From positions 156,448-220,447 of the forward strand of contig CALVLZ010000003.1 in NCBI GenBank assembly GCA_944341445.1: a DNA stretch of 64,000 bases, read 5' to 3'. How positions within the stretch are numbered: the first letter of the stretch is position 1; each line of letters starts with the position of its first letter. Source of the DNA: an uncultured Clostridia bacterium (GTDB lineage Bacteria; Bacillota; Clostridia; Christensenellales; UBA1242). The notes below the pieces were generated by a model, which was not told the DNA's origin, searched no databases, and worked only from the letters and a program-made list of their open reading frames with translations. The position numbers and the translations under genes were made by a program. Positions 38,850 to 47,366 of the stretch are shown here, one piece after another.

Positions 38850-39548
38850 CTACTCTGCGTTTAATATGCTGCAAGAATAACCTTTAAACATTTCGTTAAA
38901 ACCATTTAGTTTATATAACGATAGTTCTTCTGTTCTGTTGCATAAACAATAAACATTTTTATAGTTATGTTTAAAACATAATTTTGCAACTGATTTTAAC
39001 AAAACACTTTTAATTTCATCAACATATTCAACTTTTTCACTTATTGCAAAATTATAAATAAAGGCATATTTTCCATCAAAAATAATTTCTGCAAAACCAA
39101 CAATATCTTCACCAGATTTTAAAGTGATGGACATTATTTTGTGTTCTAGTTCAATATGAGATTGTCTTAAAATTTTATAATATTTTTTTGCATCTTTTAG
39201 TTTGTAATAATTAAACACTAAATTATTTATTTCTTCAGTGTATGGTGCATTAACTTCTTTAATCAAATTTTCAGGCATATAAAAACTTGCGTGTTCCTTA
39301 GTTTCACATTTTAACCAACTATCACAACCATTCAAAATTAAATGGCCAGATTTAATTGGTTTAAAAACATAATAATTGCCTTCTTCCTTAATTTTGTTAG
39401 AAAAGTTGATTGTGAAGTTATTTCTGTTTCCAGAAATATATGCGTTATATCTATACCCCTTTTTTGTTTTTAAAAGTTTAAAACCAAAAATTGCGGCAGA
39501 ATTTTCAAAGTATTTTAAAACTAATTTTTTGTTAACTCTATTATTCAT
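38850..39548 (-). CDS. hypothetical protein with possible C-terminal GNAT-like fold
   Basis: 232-aa ORF. The C-terminal half (VGFAEIIF...FAISEKVEYVDEIKSVLLKSVAKLC) loosely resembles an acetyltransferase core. Confidence 0.4.
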   Translation of the reverse strand: MNNRVNKKLVLKYFENSAAIFGFKLLKTKKGYRYNAYISGNRNNFTINFSNKIKEEGNYYVFKPIKSGHLILNGCDSWLKCETKEHASFYMPENLIKEVNAPYTEEINNLVFNYYKLKDAKKYYKILRQSHIELEHKIMSITLKSGEDIVGFAEIIFDGKYAFIYNFAISEKVEYVDEIKSVLLKSVAKLCFKHNYKNVYCLCNRTEELSLYKLNGFNEMFKGYSCSILNAE

Positions 39549-39559
39549 CTTTTCCCCTT

Positions 39560-40042
39560 TTAAAGATTATTAACATTATCAATAACAGTATTCAAATCTC
39601 CAATAACATTAAAATAATCTTCATCTTTTTTAAAGCCTAAATCTCTGTACCAATTATATGGCATTCCATTTTTATCTTCATAAGTAGAACCCATAACAAA
39701 CATAGCATTATATTTCTCTTTTGCTGTTACTAATATGTTCTTTAATAAAACAATTTGAATTTCAAAGTTGTTATAACTTTTATCAATAACAACTTCTTCT
39801 AGCATTAAATAATTACCATTTCCCCATGGTTTAACATATCCAAATGCAAAACCAACCAATTTATTATCTGCATAAGCAACATAAAACAAGTTTTTGCATT
39901 TCTTATAGTTGAATCTAATATACTCTTCACTAGAAACATAGCTCCAGCTTTGATTTGGCAAATATTCGTTATAAATATCTGCATACAATTTTGCTATGCT
40001 TTTTAGTTCTCTAAAACTTGCTTTTTTAATTTTTATTTCCAT
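39560..40042 (-). CDS. GNAT family N-acetyltransferase
   Basis: Acetyltransferase-like beta4-alpha3 region (LMLEEVVIDKSYNNFEIQIVLLKNIL). The start is ambiguous, either GTG at 40054 or ATG at 40042. Confidence 0.6.
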   Translation of the reverse strand: MEIKIKKASFRELKSIAKLYADIYNEYLPNQSWSYVSSEEYIRFNYKKCKNLFYVAYADNKLVGFAFGYVKPWGNGNYLMLEEVVIDKSYNNFEIQIVLLKNILVTAKEKYNAMFVMGSTYEDKNGMPYNWYRDLGFKKDEDYFNVIGDLNTVIDNVNNL

Positions 40043-40116
40043 ACCTTTCCCCACTTTTAGTTTTAAACTATTAATTATATTAATTTTTGTTAATTAAAAA
40101 CTTTGTAAACTTTATT

Positions 40117-40682
40117 TTATTCAATCCTGCTTCTTAAATTTAACAACCTTGGTCTCATAAACCTTTGCACCAGCACAGGCATAATGTGTATTATAAAGTT
40201 CATAATTGCAATTGGCACACTAATTGTTATTGATATTTGTGGAATTATAAATATGATTGCAATAAAACCCCAAAAAGCAGAAATTAAGTGCAAAACCTCT
40301 GCAATGCAATTTTCTTGTAAAAATTTAGTTAAATAATCTTTATCATATGGATCATATATTTTATCTTTTTTAAAGCCAGATAAAAAACCGGCTTCCGGAA
40401 TCTTTTCTTTCCACTTTTTAACGCCTAAAAAACTATAAATTTTTAATTCAAACTTATGCACCTTAAAAATTCTCTTTTTGCATTAAACATTCGTTTTGGC
40501 AACTTATGAACAAGGATTGAAATTAAGATAGCAGGAAAACAACAAACTAGAACAGAAATTGAAATATCAACTAACACACTAACATTAAAGTTAACATATA
40601 AGTTGACTGCAAGTGTCGTTAAAAATATACCTAATATAATTTTTACGTATAATTTCATATTTTCTCCTTTGTATTTTGCCAA
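40117..40682 (-). pseudogene. CrtO-family (glycosyl-4,4'-diaponeurosporenoate acyltransferase-like) membrane acyltransferase split by a +1 frameshift
   Basis: Two abutting ORFs (40443-40682 and 40117-40461) together reproduce the family layout. Two N-terminal TM helices are followed by FELKIYSFLGVKKWKEKIPE and then ...VQRFMRPRL. The frames switch within the A5 (40465-40469) and T5 (40475-40479) plus-strand runs. Confidence 0.6.
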
Positions 40683-40810
40683 AATCTTATATTATTATTT
40701 TAGTTATTTTAACAAAATTTATAAAACTTTAAAAGCAAAAAAATAAATTCAATCATAAAATAGCGGATTTTTTAATAATTAAAATTAAAATAGTTATTTA
40801 ATTTAACTAA

Positions 40811-40839
40811 TTGTTAAAAAAAATTATTTATGTTAAAAT
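40811..40839 (+). promoter_or_regulatory. sigma-70-type promoter for tRNA-Ser(GGA)
   Basis: TTGTTA (40811-40816), a 17-nt spacer, then TAAAAT (40834-40839), 12 nt upstream of the tRNA. Confidence 0.6.
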
Positions 40840-40851
40840 TAATCAACACTT

Positions 40852-40939
40852 GGAAGGGTGGTCGAGTGGTTTAAGGCACACGCTTGGAAAGCGTGCGAAG
40901 TGAGAGCTTCCGCAGGTTCAAATCCTGTCCCTTCCGCCA
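40852..40939 (+). tRNA. tRNA-Ser (anticodon GGA), CCA encoded
   Basis: The acceptor stem GGAAGGG pairs with CCCTTCC. The anticodon stem-loop is CACGC-TTGGAAA-GCGTG. It has a long variable arm, a GGTTCAAATCC T-loop, and a terminal GCCA. Confidence 0.9.
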
Positions 40940-41033
40940 ACTTTAATTAAATTTAATAATTTATGCTTTTAATAAATGCGTTATTTTTTTATTTTTGCTT
41001 ATACTAATTTATAAATTACTAAAGAGGTGTATT

Positions 41034-41819
41034 ATGCAATTTGAAATGTGGTCTTTTTGGCATTTTTTACTTATGCTTTCCCCTGCAATAGTTATGGTTC
41101 CACTATATTTTATTTTAAGAAACAGAAGTTTTAAAACAAAATATATTGTAGGCATAGTTATTGGGGTTATATCCTTACTTATTCTATTAATTAGAAATAT
41201 TGATATTTATTTAAGAAATGGTTTTGACCCTGAAATAATACCAATACAAGTTTGCCATTTTGGAAATATAATGGTGTTTATAGCTTTGGTTTTCAGAAGC
41301 AAAGTTGCAACTTCAATTTTATGGTCATTAAATATGCTTGCAGCATTTTCTTCATTAGTTTTTGCCGATAGTTTAGCAAATTATAGTAACGTTTTATCAA
41401 TTAGAGCACAAGCTTATATTTGGGGACATTTGTTTATTGTTGTGGGCGCTTTATATGCCGTTTGTTTAAAAATTGTTAGAATAGATTTTAAATCTTTTAT
41501 GATTGGCCTTGGTGTTTTATTTATTCTTTTAATACCAGCAATTATTCTAAATTCTTATTTTAGAGATGTTTTAGGTAAAGGTATAAACTACTTTTATATT
41601 TACGATTCCAAGGGTGTTCCTTTTGAATTTTTATATATTGGTGAAAGAGCTAAATATGGCTGGTTCACAATTAATTGGATATACACAATATCGCTAATTT
41701 CTATTTTTGGAATTGTTATGTATGGAATATATAACTTGCAAAAATTAATATATTTAAAAAATAAAGATTACAAAACATACAACATTTTTCAATCAAGAAA
41801 ATTAAAAAAGATTAACTAA
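41034..41819 (+). CDS. polytopic membrane protein, YwaF/TIGR02206-like
   Basis: About 7 TM helices. The start at MQFEMWSFWHF has AGAGGTG upstream. It is similar in layout to 14541-15236. Confidence 0.5.
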   Translation: MQFEMWSFWHFLLMLSPAIVMVPLYFILRNRSFKTKYIVGIVIGVISLLILLIRNIDIYLRNGFDPEIIPIQVCHFGNIMVFIALVFRSKVATSILWSLNMLAAFSSLVFADSLANYSNVLSIRAQAYIWGHLFIVVGALYAVCLKIVRIDFKSFMIGLGVLFILLIPAIILNSYFRDVLGKGINYFYIYDSKGVPFEFLYIGERAKYGWFTINWIYTISLISIFGIVMYGIYNLQKLIYLKNKDYKTYNIFQSRKLKKIN

Positions 41820-41873
41820 TATAAAAAAATTTTAATACGACAATTTAAAACTTTATTTTATATTGAGGTTTTT

Positions 41874-42677
41874 ATGTTAAATATAACGTTTAAAATAGAT
41901 AAAAATATTATAGCAAGGTTTGTTATTTCAAAAAATATAATGAAAAGAGAATATGCTAACTATTTGTGGAGCAAATATCAATTTTCTTATATGAAATTAC
42001 AACATAAAGTGCTTGATAACACTATTGACAATAATATTATTTTAGAATTACAACAACAAGATTTTTTTAATGATTATTTAAAAGATGCAGAAGAAAATCT
42101 TAAAAGAATCGAAAATTATTGGCAAGCAAACAAAGATAAAATAAACACATATCTTGAAAAAATTTTTAAAAAAAATTTTGATTTAACCACTACAGCAATT
42201 ATTGTTCCATGTTATTTTAATTCTGGTATGAACATAGGAAGCAATGAGTTTATATGGGGTCACAACAAAGGATTAAAAAATGCAAATTATGATTTAATTT
42301 ATATTGTGCATGAATCATTACACTCTTATTTTAAAGATAATATGATAACTCACGCAATTATAGAAAATATCGCAGATATTGAACTTTCAAAATTTTTAAA
42401 AAGTACAGATATAGCAAACGATGCACACGATTATTTAAAAGATACTCATATTAAAGTTCTTCCATTTTGGAACATATATTTAAACAAATCTAAAGAAACA
42501 ATTGAAAAAGAAAATGAAGAAAATAACATAAGTTATAATTTTAATGAATTTAAAACTTATGAAAAAGAAATAAGCAAAATGAATATTGATGATTTTGTTA
42601 ATTTTTTGGAAAGTTTAAACCTAAATCAAACAATAAACTACACTAACAAAATTATTATTAAAACAAATAACAAATAA
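41874..42677 (+). CDS. hypothetical protein with HExxH motif (possible zinc-dependent hydrolase)
   Basis: 267-aa ORF whose only recognisable feature is YIVHESLHSYF (HExxH). Confidence 0.45.
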   Translation: MLNITFKIDKNIIARFVISKNIMKREYANYLWSKYQFSYMKLQHKVLDNTIDNNIILELQQQDFFNDYLKDAEENLKRIENYWQANKDKINTYLEKIFKKNFDLTTTAIIVPCYFNSGMNIGSNEFIWGHNKGLKNANYDLIYIVHESLHSYFKDNMITHAIIENIADIELSKFLKSTDIANDAHDYLKDTHIKVLPFWNIYLNKSKETIEKENEENNISYNFNEFKTYEKEISKMNIDDFVNFLESLNLNQTINYTNKIIIKTNNK

Positions 42678-42690
42678 AAAAGGAGTTTTT

Positions 42691-43011
42691 ATGGTTGGAA
42701 AATATAAGGTTATAACTTTGTGTGGTAGCACAAAATTTAAAGATGATTTTATTAAAGAACAAAAAAGACTAACACTTGAAGGCAATATTGTTATATCTGT
42801 TGGTTTGTTTGGTCACTCTGGCGATGATTTTTTAATAAACGACGAAATTAAAACAATGCTAGATGATATTCATAAACGCAAAATTGATATGGCTGACGAG
42901 ATTTTTGTTATTAACAAAGATGGATATATTGGTTCAAGTACAAAATCTGAAATTGAATATGCAATTAAAACTAACAAAAAAGTTAATTATATGGAACCAA
43001 TTAAACAATAA
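42691..43011 (+). CDS. small Rossmann-like protein, nucleoside 2-deoxyribosyltransferase-like fold (uncertain)
   Basis: 106 aa. VITLCGSTKFKD ... IFVINKDGYIGSSTKSEIEYA resembles small NDT-like/DUF proteins common in phages and Firmicutes. AAGGAG SD upstream. Confidence 0.4.
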   Translation: MVGKYKVITLCGSTKFKDDFIKEQKRLTLEGNIVISVGLFGHSGDDFLINDEIKTMLDDIHKRKIDMADEIFVINKDGYIGSSTKSEIEYAIKTNKKVNYMEPIKQ

Positions 43012-43069
43012 TTAATATTACTAAAAAAACAAAACTTAAAAAATTTACAAATTATAAAATTAATCATCA

Positions 43070-43100
43070 AAAAAATGTTCATTTTTATGAACATTTTTTT
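43070..43100 (+). terminator. intrinsic terminator
   Basis: AAAATGTTCAT-tttt-ATGAACATTTT hairpin followed by T-run. Confidence 0.8.
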
Positions 43101-43126
43101 ATAAGTCAGCATAAACATAATAAATT

Positions 43127-43176
43127 AAAAATAATTTTTAACTATTAATTGAAAAATAATTTTTAACTATTAATTG
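43127..43176. repeat. perfect 25-bp tandem direct duplication (2 copies)
   Basis: AAAAATAATTTTTAACTATTAATTG at 43127-43151 is repeated exactly at 43152-43176, in the intergenic region about 50 nt upstream of the ATG at 43229. Confidence 0.95.
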
Positions 43177-43228
43177 TTTGACTTTAATGTTATTTTTTTT
43201 TATTATAAGAAAAAAGGAGTAAACGCAT

Positions 43229-43738
43229 ATGAAAACAAAAGGAATGATTAAAAGAATTTTTTGCATAATTTTTTCTGCTTTAGTTTATGTTGGAATGGCT
43301 TTTAACTTTGTTGGATTATTAACATCTTCTTCCGTTGCCAATAAATCAGAAGTTACTGGCATTTCTTTTTCTGACTGGTGGAAAGGCGTAAGCGAAGCAA
43401 CTGCAGACAGTTTCACTTGGTGGAAAATTGCACAAGTTCTTTATGTCATCATGTTTATAACTGCAGGCATTTTAATTATTGGTACAGTAATTCAATTTTT
43501 TGTGAAAAATAAATATTTGAACTTAATAGTTAAAATTGCAGGTATTGTAACATTAGTTCTTGCCATTGTTTCAGTAGTGTTTAACATTATGGGTGAAATA
43601 GCGCTAACAAACGATTTACCAAGTAGCAACTTATTAAACATGTCTTATATTCCTCATATTGGAACAGTTGTTATTGCTATTGCTGGTATCGTTGCAGGTT
43701 CTGTTGGAATTGCATGTGGCAAAAAAATAAAGAAATAA
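43229..43738 (+). CDS. polytopic membrane protein, unknown function
   Basis: 169-aa ORF with AAGGAG SD and four hydrophobic helices. Confidence 0.6.
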   Translation: MKTKGMIKRIFCIIFSALVYVGMAFNFVGLLTSSSVANKSEVTGISFSDWWKGVSEATADSFTWWKIAQVLYVIMFITAGILIIGTVIQFFVKNKYLNLIVKIAGIVTLVLAIVSVVFNIMGEIALTNDLPSSNLLNMSYIPHIGTVVIAIAGIVAGSVGIACGKKIKK

Positions 43739-43751
43739 TAATGATAAACTT

Positions 43752-43788
43752 AAAAAAAATATCTAACAGTTTTGTTAGATATTTTTTT
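43752..43788. terminator. bidirectional intrinsic terminator
   Basis: AAATATCTAACA-gttt-TGTTAGATATTT 12-bp stem flanked by A8 and T7. Confidence 0.8.
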
Positions 43789-43801
43789 ATTAAATATTTT
43801 A

Positions 43802-45280
43802 TTAATTAAACAAATCTGCACTGTTATAAACAGGTTCGCTTGTTATTGATATTTTTAATTTTTTCAAAGTGTTCTCCTCTGCTTGAGGTAAAATATATGT
43901 GCAATGAGCATCGCAACCTTTTAACTCTTTTAATTTGTCAAAAGCTTTTCTTGCATTTTCTTCCATACTAGCACAAATTGATAATGCTACTAAAATATCA
44001 TCTAAACAAATAACACTTGTTTTTGTTTTTAAAGCTTCTTTTCTTAATTTTAATATTGGTTTTAAAATATTAGCACTAATAATTTCAACATTATCTGGAA
44101 TTCCAGCCAATTCTTTTAATGCATTAAGCATAACCGCTGCGCTTGCAGAAATTAAAGTTTTTGTTTTTCCTGTTACAATTTTTCCGTTTGGCAATTCTAG
44201 TGCAATTGTTGGATATCCACTTTCTCTGCTAACATCTTTTGCCACTGTAACAACCTTTCTGTAATTAACGTTTATTTCCATTTCGTTTAAAAGCATTTCT
44301 ATTCTTTCAATAGTTTCAGCATCGCCTAAACCTTTTTTGAAATCACACCTTGCAGCATAATATCTTCTAACAATTTCTTTGAAACAAGCATCTTTAACAA
44401 CATCTTCATCTGTGATTGCAAAGCCAGCCATATTAACACCCATATCTGTTGGAGAATTATAAACAGACTCACCTGTTATTTTCTTTAATATATTTTTTAA
44501 AATTGGGAAAACTTCCACATCTCTATTATAGTTAACAGCTAGTTTGTTGTAAGCGTTAAAATGGAATGGGTCAATTAAATTAACATCTTTTAAATCTGCA
44601 GTGGCTGCCTCATACGCAACATTCACAGGATGTTTTAATGGTAAATTCCAAACAGGAAAAGTTTCAAACTTTGCATAACCCGCTTTAACCCCACGTTTGT
44701 ATTCATGGTATAATTGGCTTAAGCAAGTTGCAAGTTTGCCACTGCAAGGACCTGGTGCTGTTATAACAACTAATGGTTTAGTTGTTTCAATAAAAGGGTT
44801 TGCCCCATACCCTTCTTCTGAAACAATGGTTTCAACATCGCCTGGGTATCCTTTTGTGTATTTATGAATATAAACTTTTTCCCCACGTCTTTCTAACTTA
44901 TTTGCAAATTTAACCGCACTTGGTTGATTTTTAAATAAAGTTATAACTATTGAAGAAACATAAATATCCAAACTTCTTAAGTTATCAATTAATCTTAAAA
45001 CTTCCATATCATATGAGAGCCCTAAATCTCCACGAATTTTGTTTCGTTCAATATCTGTGGCACTAATACAGAAAACTATTTCTGCTTTATCTTTTAATGT
45101 TTCAAGCAATTTAACTTTAACATTTGGGTCAAAACCAGGAAGAACTCTTGATGCGTGATAATCATCAAATAGTTTACCACCAAACTCCAAATATAATTTA
45201 TTATTAAATTTTTCTATTCTATTTAAAATGCTCTCTTTTTGCAATTTTAAATATTTTTCATTATCAAAACCAATATTCAT
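43802..45280 (-). CDS. UPF0371/DUF1846 family protein
   Basis: FDNEKYLKLQKESILNRIEKFNNKLYLEFGGKLFDDYHASRVLPGF closely follows the conserved N-terminus of UPF0371 proteins. About 492 aa. The ATG at 45280 has GGGGG upstream. Confidence 0.88.
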   Translation of the reverse strand: MNIGFDNEKYLKLQKESILNRIEKFNNKLYLEFGGKLFDDYHASRVLPGFDPNVKVKLLETLKDKAEIVFCISATDIERNKIRGDLGLSYDMEVLRLIDNLRSLDIYVSSIVITLFKNQPSAVKFANKLERRGEKVYIHKYTKGYPGDVETIVSEEGYGANPFIETTKPLVVITAPGPCSGKLATCLSQLYHEYKRGVKAGYAKFETFPVWNLPLKHPVNVAYEAATADLKDVNLIDPFHFNAYNKLAVNYNRDVEVFPILKNILKKITGESVYNSPTDMGVNMAGFAITDEDVVKDACFKEIVRRYYAARCDFKKGLGDAETIERIEMLLNEMEINVNYRKVVTVAKDVSRESGYPTIALELPNGKIVTGKTKTLISASAAVMLNALKELAGIPDNVEIISANILKPILKLRKEALKTKTSVICLDDILVALSICASMEENARKAFDKLKELKGCDAHCTYILPQAEENTLKKLKISITSEPVYNSADLFN

Positions 45281-45419
45281 AAAAGCCCCCAATTAATTTA
45301 ACTATAATGATTATATCATTTTTATTTATAATAAAAAAACAATATAAACAACAAAATTAAAAAGGTGTATTGAAATTAATTTATATATATATTATAATTA
45401 AGTTTATCGAGGGATTTTT

Positions 45420-46592
45420 ATGGAAAATTTGAAAAAATATGAACAAAAATATTTAGATATTTACAACAAATGCAGCAATGATTTAAAAAGTGCAACCACT
45501 TTGGAAATTATGATTGCTTCCGATTTTTGTTATCAAAATTGTGATTTTTATGTTAATTTGGCACAAAATTTAAGCAATGTTTTTTTGTCATTTAGATTTG
45601 AAAATGAAGAAATTAACAAAGACTTAACAAAATTTATAAATGACACTTTGGCTTTAGCATACCAATATGCATGTGATACTTTTAAGTTTTATGAAGAAAT
45701 AAATAAACGCAAAGTTTCCGCACTTGATAATTTAAAATTTAAGTTTATTTCTAATAGACATTATAAAGAGGCTTTAGATTCCTTGAAAAATGCAACATAT
45801 AATGACATATGGGAAATTTGTGAAAATTTAAATATTGGTTATGAGAGAAAATCTCAAAATTCTGTGAAATCAAACCCAATGTATGATATGTTAGAAATAA
45901 AAAATAAATATTATTGGATTGACATTGGTCCATTTTTTAATTTGCTAATTAACCAAAGATATATTAAAAACAATATGGATTTTGAATTTAGTGAGCAAAT
46001 AATTGACCCTCTAACAACTGATTTTGAAAACTTACCATCTGTTAGAATGAACATATTTTTTGATATGTTAAAAAGATCTATTGATGAAGATGAAAAAATA
46101 ATAAATCAATCGAAACCTAAATTTAATACTAATGAGTATAACTATGAAAATGCCGTTTTCCCATATGAAATGGAATATATGAAAAGAGCCTATAACAGCA
46201 TATTAAATATTAATTACACTATGGAAACTGCTAAAATTTTACTTGATGCAACAGAACATTTTAAAAATTGTTCAAAAGCTAAAAAGTGCGAGTTTGAAGA
46301 ATTTTTAAAACAAAGGGAAAAAAATGGTTTTAAAACAACAGTAGATTTTGACCATTATTTGGAACTTTACACAATGGAAAACAATTATAACAAAGATTCA
46401 CTACTTTATAAGGAAACATTTTTTGATTATATGCGTTTTAATAATGAAGTTTTTGCAACAATGTGCGCAAAGCTTGAACCTAACGAATTTGGAGATTTAG
46501 AAAAAACTCAAAAAATAATACAAGAAATATTAATAAAAAATGCACAAAATTCCAGCATTTTAAGAAATAATCTAACAAAAAAGAGCAAATAA
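45420..46592 (+). CDS. hypothetical protein
   Basis: 390-aa ORF, helical and Asn/Lys/Glu-rich, with GAGGG upstream. No motif recognised. Confidence 0.5.
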   Translation: MENLKKYEQKYLDIYNKCSNDLKSATTLEIMIASDFCYQNCDFYVNLAQNLSNVFLSFRFENEEINKDLTKFINDTLALAYQYACDTFKFYEEINKRKVSALDNLKFKFISNRHYKEALDSLKNATYNDIWEICENLNIGYERKSQNSVKSNPMYDMLEIKNKYYWIDIGPFFNLLINQRYIKNNMDFEFSEQIIDPLTTDFENLPSVRMNIFFDMLKRSIDEDEKIINQSKPKFNTNEYNYENAVFPYEMEYMKRAYNSILNINYTMETAKILLDATEHFKNCSKAKKCEFEEFLKQREKNGFKTTVDFDHYLELYTMENNYNKDSLLYKETFFDYMRFNNEVFATMCAKLEPNEFGDLEKTQKIIQEILIKNAQNSSILRNNLTKKSK

Positions 46593-46606
46593 ATTTGCTC
46601 TTTTTT
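46577..46606. terminator. bidirectional intrinsic terminator (includes stop codon of upstream gene)
   Basis: AAGAGCAAAT / ATTTGCTCTT stem followed by T-run, between convergent genes. Confidence 0.7.
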
Positions 46607-47348
46607 ATTGCACAATAACATTTTGTAAATTTGCTTTTAGAATGTTTTTTAGTTTTTTTAACTCTTCAATTTTTAAATCTTTTGTGTTAAGTAGTGGGTT
46701 TTCAATACCCAATTTTTCATATTTTGAAAAGCCCATTGTGTGAAATGCTAACAAATCATATTTTTTAACGCACTTAAAATTTTTAACAATTTCTACAAAT
46801 TTTATAACATCTTCTTTTGTATTATTAATGTTTGGAATCATAACTGTTCTTATCCAAACATCTTTATTTTTTTCTTCACAAACACTTAGGAATTTTAAGG
46901 TTTGTTCCAAACTTCCACGTGCATATTTTTTATATTTTTCTTCTGTGTTTTGTTTCATATCCAACAAAATTAAATCACACATTTCAATAACTTTTAAAAC
47001 ATCATGATTTATCACACATCCAGAAGTGTCTAACGCAACACTTATTCCATTTTGCTTTAACAATGGAATAAAGTTTAATAGAAAAGATGTTTGCATTAAA
47101 GGTTCTCCACCACTTAATGTTACGCCGCCTTTATTTTTAAAATATGGCTTATACCTTAAAACCTTTTTTAATAAATCTTCGGCACTTATCTCTTCACCTT
47201 TTCTTTCCCAAGTTTCTGGATTATGGCAACAAACACATCTTAATGGGCAACCTGCAAAAAATATTTCAAATCTTATTCCTGTTCCATCCAAAGTTGCAAA
47301 ACTTTCGTACGAACTAATTATTGCAGTGCTTTTGTTAACATTATTCAT
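46605..47348 (-). CDS. pflA: pyruvate formate-lyase activating enzyme
   Basis: GTGIRFEIFFAGCPLRCVCCHNPETW (radical-SAM CxxxCxxC in the PFL-AE context) and GGVTLSGGEPL. It lies directly downstream of pflB. Confidence 0.92.
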   Translation of the reverse strand: MNNVNKSTAIISSYESFATLDGTGIRFEIFFAGCPLRCVCCHNPETWERKGEEISAEDLLKKVLRYKPYFKNKGGVTLSGGEPLMQTSFLLNFIPLLKQNGISVALDTSGCVINHDVLKVIEMCDLILLDMKQNTEEKYKKYARGSLEQTLKFLSVCEEKNKDVWIRTVMIPNINNTKEDVIKFVEIVKNFKCVKKYDLLAFHTMGFSKYEKLGIENPLLNTKDLKIEELKKLKNILKANLQNVIVQ

Positions 47349-47366
47349 AGTTTACCTTTAAATTTA

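Noticed and set aside
43127-43176. CRISPR-like repeat
   Set aside because: There are only two copies, directly abutting with no spacer, the sequence is extremely AT-rich, and no cas genes are present. I saw no other regularly spaced repeats anywhere in the window.
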